Program-made: the position numbers and the translations under genes
Part shown: piece after piece, positions 37,290-45,950 of the stretch
Layout: every line of letters begins with the position of its first letter
How positions within the stretch are numbered: the stretch's first letter is position 1
Notes under the pieces: generated by a model
Databases searched by the model: none
The model's input: the letters and a program-made list of their open reading frames with translations, nothing else
Told to the model about the DNA's origin: nothing
NCBI GenBank assembly: GCA_965215365.1
Contig: CBDCDS010000003.1
Span: 1,152,001-1,216,000, forward strand
Reading direction: 5' to 3'
Source: Gammaproteobacteria bacterium
GTDB lineage: Bacteria > Pseudomonadota > Gammaproteobacteria > Eutrophobiales > Eutrophobiaceae
DNA: 64,000 nt

Positions 37290-37502
37290 ATGAAAGACGC
37301 ATATACGGTTATCATTGAGAAAGATGACGATGGTTACTATGTTGGCAGCATACCCGCGTTACCAGGATGCCACACCCAAGCCAGGTCGGTTGATCATCTG
37401 ATGGAGAGAATGGAAGATGCCATTGCGCTGTGGCTTAAAGTTGAGAAGGCGCCAGACCACAGACCGCTGGAATTAGTCGGTATCCAAAGATTAGCCGTAT
37501 GA
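37290..37502 (+). CDS. HicB family antitoxin
   Basis: YTVIIEKDDDGYYVGSIPALPGCHTQA. Confidence 0.9.
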   Translation: MKDAYTVIIEKDDDGYYVGSIPALPGCHTQARSVDHLMERMEDAIALWLKVEKAPDHRPLELVGIQRLAV

Positions 37503-37531
37503 CCAGAATGCCCCGTCTGGCGGGTAAGTAA
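37499..37531 (+). pseudogene. 10-codon stub of a HicA-like toxin
   Basis: ATGA overlap with the hicB stop; MTRMPRLAGK* resembles HicA N-termini. Confidence 0.55.
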
Positions 37532-37534
37532 TTC

Positions 37535-38794
37535 ATGCCCGACTACCTCCACGCCCTGCCTGCCGGCTACCGCCTTGACGAATACGAACTGGTGCGGGTG
37601 CTGGGCAGTGGCGGGTTTGGCATTACCTACCTGGGCTATGACCACCACCTAGACAAAGCCGTCGCCATCAAGGAGTACCTGCCCAATGATCTGGCGGTGC
37701 GCGCTGACAATCACTCGGTGCTGCCCAAGTCCAGTCAGGACAAGGCCGATTACGAATGGGGCTTGGCACGCTTTCTCAATGAAGCGCAGACCTTAGCCCG
37801 CTTTGACCACCGGCACATTATCAAAGTCTATCGGTTCTTCCGCGCCCATGGCACCGGGTATATCGTCATGGAGTATGCCGAGGGCGAAACGCTATCGGAG
37901 GTGTTACAGCGTAAGGGGACTCTGACAGAGACCGAGTTACAAGCCCTGCTGTTTCCCATTCTGGACGGGTTGGCCGTGGTGCATGAGGCCGATGTGCTGC
38001 ACCGGGACATCAAGCCGGGGAATATTGTGATACGGGACGATGGCAGCCCGGTATTGATTGACTTCGGCTCGGCGCGTCAAGCGGTGGCGGGGAAGAGTCG
38101 CAGTGTGACGGCAATTGTGACGCCGGGGTATGCACCGATAGAGCAGTATTCAGCCAAGGGGCATCAGGGGGCCTGGACGGATATTTATGCCTTAGGGGCG
38201 GTGTGTTACCGGTGTCTGACCGGAGAGCCACCTGATGATGCAACCGAGCGCTTGCGCGATGACCCGTTAGTGCCTGCTGCTCAACGATGTAACGGCAAGG
38301 TCAGTACAGAACTACTGGAGGCCATTGACCGGGCGTTACGGGTGGAGGAGGGGGAGCGGCCGCAAAGCGTGGCGGCATGGCGGACTATGTTGGTCGGAGA
38401 TAGTGACAGCGGCCAACATATTACCGGATCTGTGCACACCCAATACAACACGACTATCGGCCCGCCGTTGAATAACAACGGCGAACACACCACCGGGCCT
38501 GTGCAGAATGCAACCTGGCAGGAGTTGCTGGACAGCTACCTGAATAACAACGGCGAACACACCACCGGGCCTGTGCAGAAGCCGGAAACACGTTCTGTCG
38601 AAGGTTCAGAGTCGGCCCATGTCGGGATGGGCGAGTTTCTGTGGGGGCTGTTTCGACCAGGTGGTCTAGGTCTGGTGATAATACTACTGTCATTGGGAGT
38701 AAGTATCTGGCAGGATCTTGGCTGGTACTCTTTGCTTGTAATGGCAGGTGTTTTTCTTTTTCTTCTTTTTCTTCGTTTTCTTCTTTTTGTGTAA
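37535..38794 (+). CDS. Membrane Ser/Thr protein kinase copy 1 (C-terminus clipped by the IS)
   Basis: LGSGGFGITY, VAIKEY, HRDIKPGN, DFG, GYAPIEQ, DIYALG; C-terminal TM helices; stop lies in the IS left end, and the frame resumes at 41070-41144. Confidence 0.93.
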   Translation: MPDYLHALPAGYRLDEYELVRVLGSGGFGITYLGYDHHLDKAVAIKEYLPNDLAVRADNHSVLPKSSQDKADYEWGLARFLNEAQTLARFDHRHIIKVYRFFRAHGTGYIVMEYAEGETLSEVLQRKGTLTETELQALLFPILDGLAVVHEADVLHRDIKPGNIVIRDDGSPVLIDFGSARQAVAGKSRSVTAIVTPGYAPIEQYSAKGHQGAWTDIYALGAVCYRCLTGEPPDDATERLRDDPLVPAAQRCNGKVSTELLEAIDRALRVEEGERPQSVAAWRTMLVGDSDSGQHITGSVHTQYNTTIGPPLNNNGEHTTGPVQNATWQELLDSYLNNNGEHTTGPVQKPETRSVEGSESAHVGMGEFLWGLFRPGGLGLVIILLSLGVSIWQDLGWYSLLVMAGVFLFLLFLRFLLFV

Positions 38795-38879
38795 CTACTC
38801 GCCCCCTCCCTCTAATTCTACTGAATTTTTTGTCAAGGCGTCCTTGACAACATAGCGTCATGGCGTTATGTTGGTCGTC

Positions 38880-39560
38880 ATGGGGAATGCGTACCGAGGG
38901 TCGAAAGCCACGACGGGTCTGTGCCAGCCGCTCATTGCGATGATGCCGCCGCACAGTGTGTACATTGAGACACACTTAGGCGGCGGGGCGATTATGCAGC
39001 GCAAGCCGGCGGCGTTGCGCAACATTGGGATTGATCTTGATGTGCGGGCGTTGGCGGGGTTTACGTGTGGGTATCCGGTGGAGTTGGTGCAGGGGTGTTG
39101 TCACCGCTGGTTGGCGACTTTTCCGTTTGACGGCACGGAGTTGGTGTACAGCGACCCGCCCTACCTGCACAGCACGCGCAAGTCACGGCACCGTTACCGG
39201 TATGACTACGAGGACTCAGACCATGAGGCGCTGCTGGCGTTACTGCAGGGGCTGCCCTGTGCGGTGATGGTGTCGGGGTATCCTTCGGCCTTGTATGATG
39301 AGGTGCTGGCGGGCTGGCGCAGTGTGTCCTTGCAGGTGATGAATCAGGGCGGGGTGGTGACCGAGCGGGTCTGGTTCAATTTTGTGCCGGACCGGGTGCA
39401 CTGGGTGCGCTATGCGGGGCGCAACTTCACGCACCGCCAGCAGGTCAAGCGCAAGGCTGAGAACTGGGGGCGGCGTTATCGTGACTTGCCCCCGGCCGAG
39501 CGGCTGGCGGTGCTGGCGGCGATGATGGCGGTGGAGGCACAGTGCACATGGCCACGGTGA
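38880..39560 (+). CDS. DNA adenine methyltransferase (Dam/D12-like), IS passenger gene
   Basis: YRGSK, YIETHLGGGAI (motif I), VYSDPPY (motif IV), VMVSGY. Confidence 0.85.
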   Translation: MGNAYRGSKATTGLCQPLIAMMPPHSVYIETHLGGGAIMQRKPAALRNIGIDLDVRALAGFTCGYPVELVQGCCHRWLATFPFDGTELVYSDPPYLHSTRKSRHRYRYDYEDSDHEALLALLQGLPCAVMVSGYPSALYDEVLAGWRSVSLQVMNQGGVVTERVWFNFVPDRVHWVRYAGRNFTHRQQVKRKAENWGRRYRDLPPAERLAVLAAMMAVEAQCTWPR

Positions 39561-41065
39561 ACAAGGCCTCATTGCGTGCGGAGTTCGAGGCCATCCGAAT
39601 GCGTTTTAAGGCGTTGTGCGCCGACGGCGCGCTGAGTCCCGAAGGGCGTGCGCTGTTCGAGTCGATGTTGCTGCTATTCGAGTTGCTGCTGGCGGTGTTC
39701 TTAGAGAAGACCACACCGAAGGGGGCGCACAACTCCAGCCTGCCCAGTTCCCGCACCGACCCCGATGACAGTGCGCGCACACGGCCCGGCAAGCAGGGCA
39801 AGGGGCCGCAGACCGGGACGGTGCCCAGCGCGTCCCGGCGCGTGGTGGCTCAGACCCGCACGGTGCCCGTGACCGGCTGCCGGGCCTGCGGGCATGATCT
39901 CAAAGGCACCGCCCCCACCGGCCATGTGCGACGAGTCAAGGTCGATATAGTCTTCGAGACGACCGAGTTGACCATTGACGCCGAGATAAAAACCTGTCCG
40001 CGCTGTGGCACTGAGACCCACGGGGCGTTTCCCGATGACATGCCGGGGCCTTTACAATACGGCCCTGGCATCGTGGCTTTCGCCACGCACCTGTTAACGG
40101 CCCAAATGCTCTCGCTCAAACGTACGGCGCAGACACTTCATGCACTGACCGGGCGCGCCGTCGCCGAGGCGACCTTACTGGCCTGGCTCACGCGGGTGCA
40201 TGAGGCCCTGGCCGGGTGGGAGCGGGCGGCTATCGCCCGCCTGCTCACAGAGCCCGTGCTGCACGCCGATGAGACCTCCTTGCGCATCGACCGCACACAA
40301 CACTGGCTGCACAGCACCAGTGCCGGGAACCTGGTACTGAAACACTGCCACCGCAAGCGGGGCGGGGACGCCCTCAAGGACATCGGCATCGTCCCCCGCT
40401 ACGGCGGTGTTCTCGTGCACGACCGCTGGGCCAGCTACTTCGCCTATGACAACTGCGAGCATGCCCTGTGCGGCAGTCACCTGTTGCGTAACTTGGCCTT
40501 TATCGAGGACGCCCACGGCCATGCCTGGGCCCAACGTATGAGCCGCCTCCTGCTCAAGACCTGCCGACAGGTGCGCACACATAAAAACAAGGCACTCAGC
40601 GAGACCGACTACCAGTCCCTGCGCACCCGCTACCGGACTATCCTGACACAAGCCAAACGGGAACTCCCCACACCCCCGAAACGGCTCACCGGCCAACGCG
40701 GACGGATTGCCCAATGTGAGGCACAAAACCTCCATGATGCCCTCGTCAAGTACGAAACCGAAGTCCTCCGCTTCGCCCGCGACCCCAACGTGCCGTTCAC
40801 CAACAACCGCGCCGAACGCGATATCCGTATGGCTAAAGTCAAACAAAAAGTCTCCGGCTGCTTCCGAACCACCGCCTACGCCGACACCTACTGCCGCATC
40901 TCCAGCTACTTGCAGTCTATGACCCTGAAGGGCTACAATCCCCTCGCCGCCATCGAGATAGCACTCAAGGGAGACGCCGCCACCATGGTGGAAAAACCGC
41001 TCAAAAATAAAACGGTTAAGAAAAACCAGATCAGAACAAGAGATCAGGGTAAGGGGGGCGAGTAG
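39548..41065 (+). CDS. IS66 family transposase
   Basis: NSSLPSS, CRACG/CPRCG Zn motif, LHADET, LVHD, LCGSHLLR, FTNNRAERDIR, KQKVSGCFR. Confidence 0.95.
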   Translation: MATVNKASLRAEFEAIRMRFKALCADGALSPEGRALFESMLLLFELLLAVFLEKTTPKGAHNSSLPSSRTDPDDSARTRPGKQGKGPQTGTVPSASRRVVAQTRTVPVTGCRACGHDLKGTAPTGHVRRVKVDIVFETTELTIDAEIKTCPRCGTETHGAFPDDMPGPLQYGPGIVAFATHLLTAQMLSLKRTAQTLHALTGRAVAEATLLAWLTRVHEALAGWERAAIARLLTEPVLHADETSLRIDRTQHWLHSTSAGNLVLKHCHRKRGGDALKDIGIVPRYGGVLVHDRWASYFAYDNCEHALCGSHLLRNLAFIEDAHGHAWAQRMSRLLLKTCRQVRTHKNKALSETDYQSLRTRYRTILTQAKRELPTPPKRLTGQRGRIAQCEAQNLHDALVKYETEVLRFARDPNVPFTNNRAERDIRMAKVKQKVSGCFRTTAYADTYCRISSYLQSMTLKGYNPLAAIEIALKGDAATMVEKPLKNKTVKKNQIRTRDQGKGGE

Positions 41066-41233
41066 TTACCTTTTTGTTTTTATAACAGTCTTAATGGTAA
41101 TTTTTAAGTTGATCTTTAGGTTAATCTTATTCCTTATAGAGTAAGAGATGCGTTGATACTAAATGAGAGTAGTGAGGTGTCATAATCGCGGTTGTATTTC
41201 TGTATTTTTGAAAACTCCCAGTATTCGGAATAC

Positions 41234-41603
41234 GGTCACCTCTATTAATTAGAGGTGACCGTGCAGCACAAGGATGTGCTGCCAGTAACAGCAAGCACGT
41301 AAGTGCTTGAAAATGACAAATCGTCAGGATAGACGAATTGCAAACTACCTCCCTGTAGTTTGCCCCTTCGGGGCCAGCTACGCTGTCCAAATTCGTTCCG
41401 GACGAATTTGTGCACAGCCATAGCTGCCCGTAGGGTTGCGTCCACGGATGGACGCAATGAGGGAAATGAAAAATCATACTTTTTCATTTCCGTCTCACAA
41501 ATCCGCCCGGAGCGGATTTGGACGTCCGCAGGACGCCCGCAGGGGGCGTCCCAAGGATGGGACGCATCACAAAATACCACGGAGGGTATTTTTAGAGGTT
41601 ACC
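41234..41603. mobile_element. Hairpin-rich MITE-like element (family B, long form)
   Basis: Ends GGTCACCTCTA...TAGAGGTTACC; about a dozen short palindromes; blocks shared with 60069-60219. Confidence 0.8.
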
Positions 41604-41683
41604 ATATATCGGCCTGATGCAGATGCAACTGGTGCCTGCCGTCCTCCATCTGCTTATAGAATGTGTTATAAAGCGAAATCAAG

Positions 41684-42493
41684 ATGACAAATCCGCATAA
41701 ACCCCGCATGAACAACAACCCAACCATAGAAATCAACCAACGCCTGCTCGTAGTCAGCATCAGCCTGACTCTGGGCGTGATTTTTATTGCGGTGATGAGC
41801 AGTTTGTTGGAACATCCCGGTTCACCGGTGGGGGCTTTTCTGCTGGATCGCCATACGGAGAATTTTCCTTATCCTTTTACCGTACAAAACGTGATGTGGC
41901 TGATGTTCAGTGTCGGTTGCGGTGAGTTGTGGGTGCGTTTTAAGCAATCCAACCTTGAATTGGCGCAGGCCTCGAGAAAATATCTTCCCGAAGATGATGA
42001 AACCGTGTTGCGGGTGCAGGACCTTGGCCCCTTATACAAGAAGGTATTGCCTGGCGAAGGCGAGTCGGTGTTCTTTTTACAGCGCCTCATCAAGCGCGGT
42101 ATTTTGCAGTTTCAGGCAAGCCGGTCGGTGGACCAGACCAACTCGTTGTTGAATTCATCCCTGGAACTTTTTCAGCATGAACTGGAGCTTAAATACAATA
42201 TGCTGCGCTATCTGGTGTGGTTGATTCCCACTCTGGGGTTCATCGGCACAGTTGTGGGCATTGTGTTTGCTTTGGATTATGCTGCAAGTGTTAATAACCC
42301 GCAGGACCCGGCGTTACTGGCCGGCGTCATCGGGCGCCTGGGGGTGGCGTTCTACACGACCTTGCTGGCTTTGATTCAGTCGGCATTGCTGGTGTTTGGA
42401 TTGCATATTGCACAGGGGCGCGAGGAGCTGGCCCTGAACCGGTCGGGGCAATATTGCCTTGATAATCTGGTCAATCGACTTTATGAAAAGTAG
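41684..42493 (+). CDS. MotA/TolQ/ExbB proton channel family protein
   Basis: IPTLGFIGTVVGI and LGVAFYTTLLAL TM motifs, plus two N-terminal TM helices. Confidence 0.9.
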   Translation: MTNPHKPRMNNNPTIEINQRLLVVSISLTLGVIFIAVMSSLLEHPGSPVGAFLLDRHTENFPYPFTVQNVMWLMFSVGCGELWVRFKQSNLELAQASRKYLPEDDETVLRVQDLGPLYKKVLPGEGESVFFLQRLIKRGILQFQASRSVDQTNSLLNSSLELFQHELELKYNMLRYLVWLIPTLGFIGTVVGIVFALDYAASVNNPQDPALLAGVIGRLGVAFYTTLLALIQSALLVFGLHIAQGREELALNRSGQYCLDNLVNRLYEK

Positions 42494-42505
42494 GGGGTAA
42501 CCGTC

Positions 42506-43153
42506 ATGCCTGTTTATCGCGATGCAGACGGCAACATCATTGAAGAAAAAACTGAAAAGTCCGGCATGAAGACCGTACCAACCGGCGAGGAGGGTGAGCG
42601 GCCGGCGGCGCCAACCTCCGACAGCGCGTCGGTCATCGGCCAAGGGCGCCTAGATGCGCCCACCAGGAAAATGCAGGCAAGCCGTCCGGTGGTGGCTGCC
42701 GCTGATGCAAAAACCCGGTTGGTGGGCAGCCGCCGCAGACAGGCAGAGCGGGAGCGGTTGCAGGAACAGGCGGATAAAACCGACGCCATGGAGGATCCGG
42801 TTGTGGGTTGGCTGGTGATTGTGCAAGGGCCGGGTAAAGGCCGCGCGTTGAAACTGGGCTATGGCACAAACTCCATGGGTCGGGGCGAGACCAATCGGGT
42901 CAGCCTCAATTTTGGTGATGACCAAATATCGCGTGATCAACACGCGACGGTGACTTATGATCCGCGCGGCAAGAAGTTTTACGTCCAGCAGGGCAGCGGT
43001 ACGAACCTGACCTACCTTAATGATGAACCGGTGCTGACGCCCACTGAACTGGTGGCGGGGAATGACCTCACCCTGGGCAACACGATGGTGCGGTTTGTCC
43101 CCTTCTGCGGCGCTGGTTTTGACTGGCAAAGCACCGAACATGACGAAGCCTGA
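42506..43153 (+). CDS. FHA domain protein
   Basis: PVVGWLVIVQGPGKG, MGR, ISRDQHA, GTNLTYLN; disordered Thr-containing N-terminus. Confidence 0.92.
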   Translation: MPVYRDADGNIIEEKTEKSGMKTVPTGEEGERPAAPTSDSASVIGQGRLDAPTRKMQASRPVVAAADAKTRLVGSRRRQAERERLQEQADKTDAMEDPVVGWLVIVQGPGKGRALKLGYGTNSMGRGETNRVSLNFGDDQISRDQHATVTYDPRGKKFYVQQGSGTNLTYLNDEPVLTPTELVAGNDLTLGNTMVRFVPFCGAGFDWQSTEHDEA

Positions 43154-44094
43154 TGGATGATTTTGGCGGACGTTTCGCGGCCGGGCAGATTCCCGGCGCG
43201 CGCCAGTATCAGGAGGATGACTACGGCGTGCTGGACGGGCGCGCCGACCTCGGCACGGACGGTGGTGAACATACCTTGCTGCTGGTGGCGGACGGTATGG
43301 GTGGTCATGTCGGTGGCGGTGTAGCAAGCCGACTTATCAACAAGACCTTCATCGAAACCTACCCGCGCGTATCAGGGCCTGTCACAGACCGGCTCCGGGA
43401 GTGCCTTGACGCGGCCAATCAGGCCGTTGCCGCAGCGGTTGCAGAACAACCGGAACTCGATGGCATGGGCTCCACCCTGGTGGCTGTTGTGGTGTCAGCG
43501 CGCGGCCTGGAATGGCTCAGCATTGGCGATTCCCCCCTGTGGTTATACCGGGATGGTCATCTGGTGCGTATCAACTCCGACCATTCCATGGCGCCGGCAC
43601 TGGCGGAGCTGGTCGCCAGCGGCCGCATGACTGAAGCTGAAGCCGCGCAAGACCCCAATCGGCACATGCTGCGCTCGGCGGTGATGGGCGATGAAATCTC
43701 TTTAGTTGATGTCTCCTCCCAGCCACGCGACCTGAAAAAGGATGATCTGTTATTACTGGCAAGCGATGGGATGATGACGCTGGGTGAGCAGCAGATAGTG
43801 AATATCCTGCAAGACCGGCACGGCGCGGCTTTGGCAGACACAGCCGGCGCGTTGCTCAAGGCCGTTGAGGATGTGGCCCTGCCGAACCAGGATAATGCCA
43901 CGCTGTTACTTTATACGCCTGAGGCCGATTACGGGATGGAACCGGTGGTTGCCGCTGAGCACAAAACACCATCCGCGCGCGTCGAGGACGTGAGACAAGA
44001 GGCAAAATATCCAATTAAAATGTGGGCGGCAATCATCGTTGGCGCGCTGGTGTTGGGCCTGCTTGTTTATTTTCTACTCGCCCCCAACGGGTAA
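43153..44094 (+). CDS. PP2C/Stp1 Ser/Thr phosphatase with C-terminal TM
   Basis: RQYQED, VADGMGGH, MGSTL, IGDS, LASDG, DNAT; C-terminal hydrophobic helix. Confidence 0.94.
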   Translation: MDDFGGRFAAGQIPGARQYQEDDYGVLDGRADLGTDGGEHTLLLVADGMGGHVGGGVASRLINKTFIETYPRVSGPVTDRLRECLDAANQAVAAAVAEQPELDGMGSTLVAVVVSARGLEWLSIGDSPLWLYRDGHLVRINSDHSMAPALAELVASGRMTEAEAAQDPNRHMLRSAVMGDEISLVDVSSQPRDLKKDDLLLLASDGMMTLGEQQIVNILQDRHGAALADTAGALLKAVEDVALPNQDNATLLLYTPEADYGMEPVVAAEHKTPSARVEDVRQEAKYPIKMWAAIIVGALVLGLLVYFLLAPNG

Positions 44095-44137
44095 TCACTA
44101 CTGTTGACACCGGCTTGATAGGGTCAGGATAGCAAAG

Positions 44138-45727
44138 ATGATACTGAAATATAGCTGTCGATACTGGTTATTGCCGTTATTTTTTGTTGGCGTGCCTGTT
44201 GCCGCTGACATTGACCCTGAACTGGTGCGTGAGAGTCTGGTGCAGGTGCGCGCCTATGATAATAACCGGGTCGTAGCTGAAGGGACAGGCTTTGTTATTA
44301 ACGATGAAGGTCATGTGCTCACCAATGCCCACCTTATAAAACAGTCAGCTCAGCTCACCGTTTTGTCCCTGACAACCGGCGCGGAAATCCTGGCACAACA
44401 AACCTTTGTCAATGAAGACCTGAATCTGGCGCTGTTGCAGGCCCGGGGTTTGGGTTTGCCGCCGTTGCCACTGTCCGAACAGGGAGCAGACATAGGCCGG
44501 ATCGTGCAAACACTCAAATATGCGGCGGCTGAGGCGGTACGGTTGTCGCAAGGCACCATTGGTGTCTATCAGGATATTCCGGGGCCGACAGCCGCTGCCC
44601 CAACGGTGCACCTGCTGGAGCATAATGCCATGATAAGCTCCAGGGAGTTTGGAATGCCGTTGTTTAATGAATGTGGTCAGGTTGTCGCCATGAATACGCC
44701 CGACCCGGAAGCGGCTCACTGGCTCACCGGGCGGCTTGCCGAACCGGAAGGAAAAGTGCTGGCTTTGCGCAGCAACGATATTATCACCGCATTACAGGAT
44801 AAAGGAATTACCCATACTGTCGTCACGGATGTTTGTCTGAGCGCCGTGGAACGCGCACAACGAACGGCTCTGCAACAACAACAGGCGGCTGCGGTCGCCA
44901 TGGCGGCACAACAGGCAGCCGAACAGGCCCGACAACAGGCAGAAGTCGCCCAAGCGCAGGCTGAAACTGCAAAGGCAGCCGCCGAGCAAGACGCAGCAGC
45001 CGCTACGGCGGCGAAACAGGTCGCCGAACAAGCCCGACAACAAGCAGATGCCGCCCAAGCGCGGGCTGAAACTGCACAAGCAGCCGCCGAAGAAGATGCC
45101 GCCCGGAAAAAACAGCAGGCCGAGGCCGCCGAGGCTGCCCGTCTGGCAGCCGAGGAAACCGCCGGACATAAACAGGAAGAAGCGGAGAGACTGCAACAAG
45201 AACAAGTAAAAAAAGAACAACAACTGCTGTGGGCCGTGGCAACAGGAACGGTGTTGATACTGTTGGCGTTGCTTGGCTGGTTCCTGTCGGCTCGTGCAAA
45301 AAGGAAAAAGTTACAGTCCGCTGCAGCCCAGGTGGGCGCCGCGCAACAGGACGCAGAACAAGCCCGGCAAGCCGCCGCCAAGGCGCCGCAACCCACGCCT
45401 TTCAAATGTGTATTGGAAGGCCATGACGACACCGGCAAACCGTTTACGTTAAGCATTCCGGCATTAGCGTTAGGTGACCCCGCAGGCGTGGTGCTTGGCA
45501 GAAGCCCCGCCGATGCGGAATTCATCATCGACTACGATGAAATATCTCGTGAACATATCCGCCTGACATATACCCATGACAGACTCTATGTGGAAGACCT
45601 CGACACCCTGAACGGCACAAGGGTGAATGGCGATACGCTGCAACCACAGGAAAAGGTACTGTTGCAGGATAAGGATCGATTGCAGCTGGGGCCGCTCAGT
45701 CTGACCGTGCGCCTGATACTCTTGTAA
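44138..45727 (+). CDS. Signal peptide - trypsin-like domain (degenerate) - Ala/Gln/Glu coiled coil - TM - FHA protein
   Basis: GTGFVI, LTNAH; TM LLWAVATGTVLILLALLGWFL; FHA motifs LGRSP, ISREH, DTLNGTRVNG. Confidence 0.88.
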   Translation: MILKYSCRYWLLPLFFVGVPVAADIDPELVRESLVQVRAYDNNRVVAEGTGFVINDEGHVLTNAHLIKQSAQLTVLSLTTGAEILAQQTFVNEDLNLALLQARGLGLPPLPLSEQGADIGRIVQTLKYAAAEAVRLSQGTIGVYQDIPGPTAAAPTVHLLEHNAMISSREFGMPLFNECGQVVAMNTPDPEAAHWLTGRLAEPEGKVLALRSNDIITALQDKGITHTVVTDVCLSAVERAQRTALQQQQAAAVAMAAQQAAEQARQQAEVAQAQAETAKAAAEQDAAAATAAKQVAEQARQQADAAQARAETAQAAAEEDAARKKQQAEAAEAARLAAEETAGHKQEEAERLQQEQVKKEQQLLWAVATGTVLILLALLGWFLSARAKRKKLQSAAAQVGAAQQDAEQARQAAAKAPQPTPFKCVLEGHDDTGKPFTLSIPALALGDPAGVVLGRSPADAEFIIDYDEISREHIRLTYTHDRLYVEDLDTLNGTRVNGDTLQPQEKVLLQDKDRLQLGPLSLTVRLILL

Positions 45728-45901
45728 TCTGATATCGCCAGGTGCGGCGGGACAGATAAGGGCACTGACAGGCGATTGCAAGCAAGGGCGCGCCGGTCAA
45801 TGGCTGTTTGCGGAGGCGACCATGGGGTTCTTTGTGTCCGTGGCGAGGTAGTCGGAGCGGGCATTGTGGCCCCGGGATTATTTGCAAATACCCCGAAGAC
45901 A

Positions 45902-45936
45902 GGTTATAAGCAGCTTTTATGAAACTGCTTATAACC
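45902..45936. promoter_or_regulatory. Perfect 12 bp inverted repeat, putative operator
   Basis: GGTTATAAGCAG-N11-CTGCTTATAACC, 14 bp upstream of the nucleotidyltransferase start. Confidence 0.6.
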
Positions 45937-45950
45937 ACTGGTAGCGGTCG

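Larger units (their letters stand above)
38791..41069 (+). mobile_element. IS66-family (ISBst12-like) element carrying a DNA methyltransferase
   Basis: TIRs GTAACTACTCGCCCCC / GGGGGCGAGTAGTTAC; 8 bp target duplication CTTTTTGT at 38783-38790 and 41070-41077. Confidence 0.95.

Noticed and set aside
41127-41687. Several short ORFs upstream of the MotA-like gene
   Set aside because: They overlap the palindromic family-B element and have no coding signature.
33916-45727. Calling the cluster Zorya, TerY-P or T6SS
   Set aside because: There is no long ZorA tail, OmpA-domain ZorB or ZorC/D/E. The vWA protein is membrane-anchored, unlike TerY. No T6SS structural genes are present.
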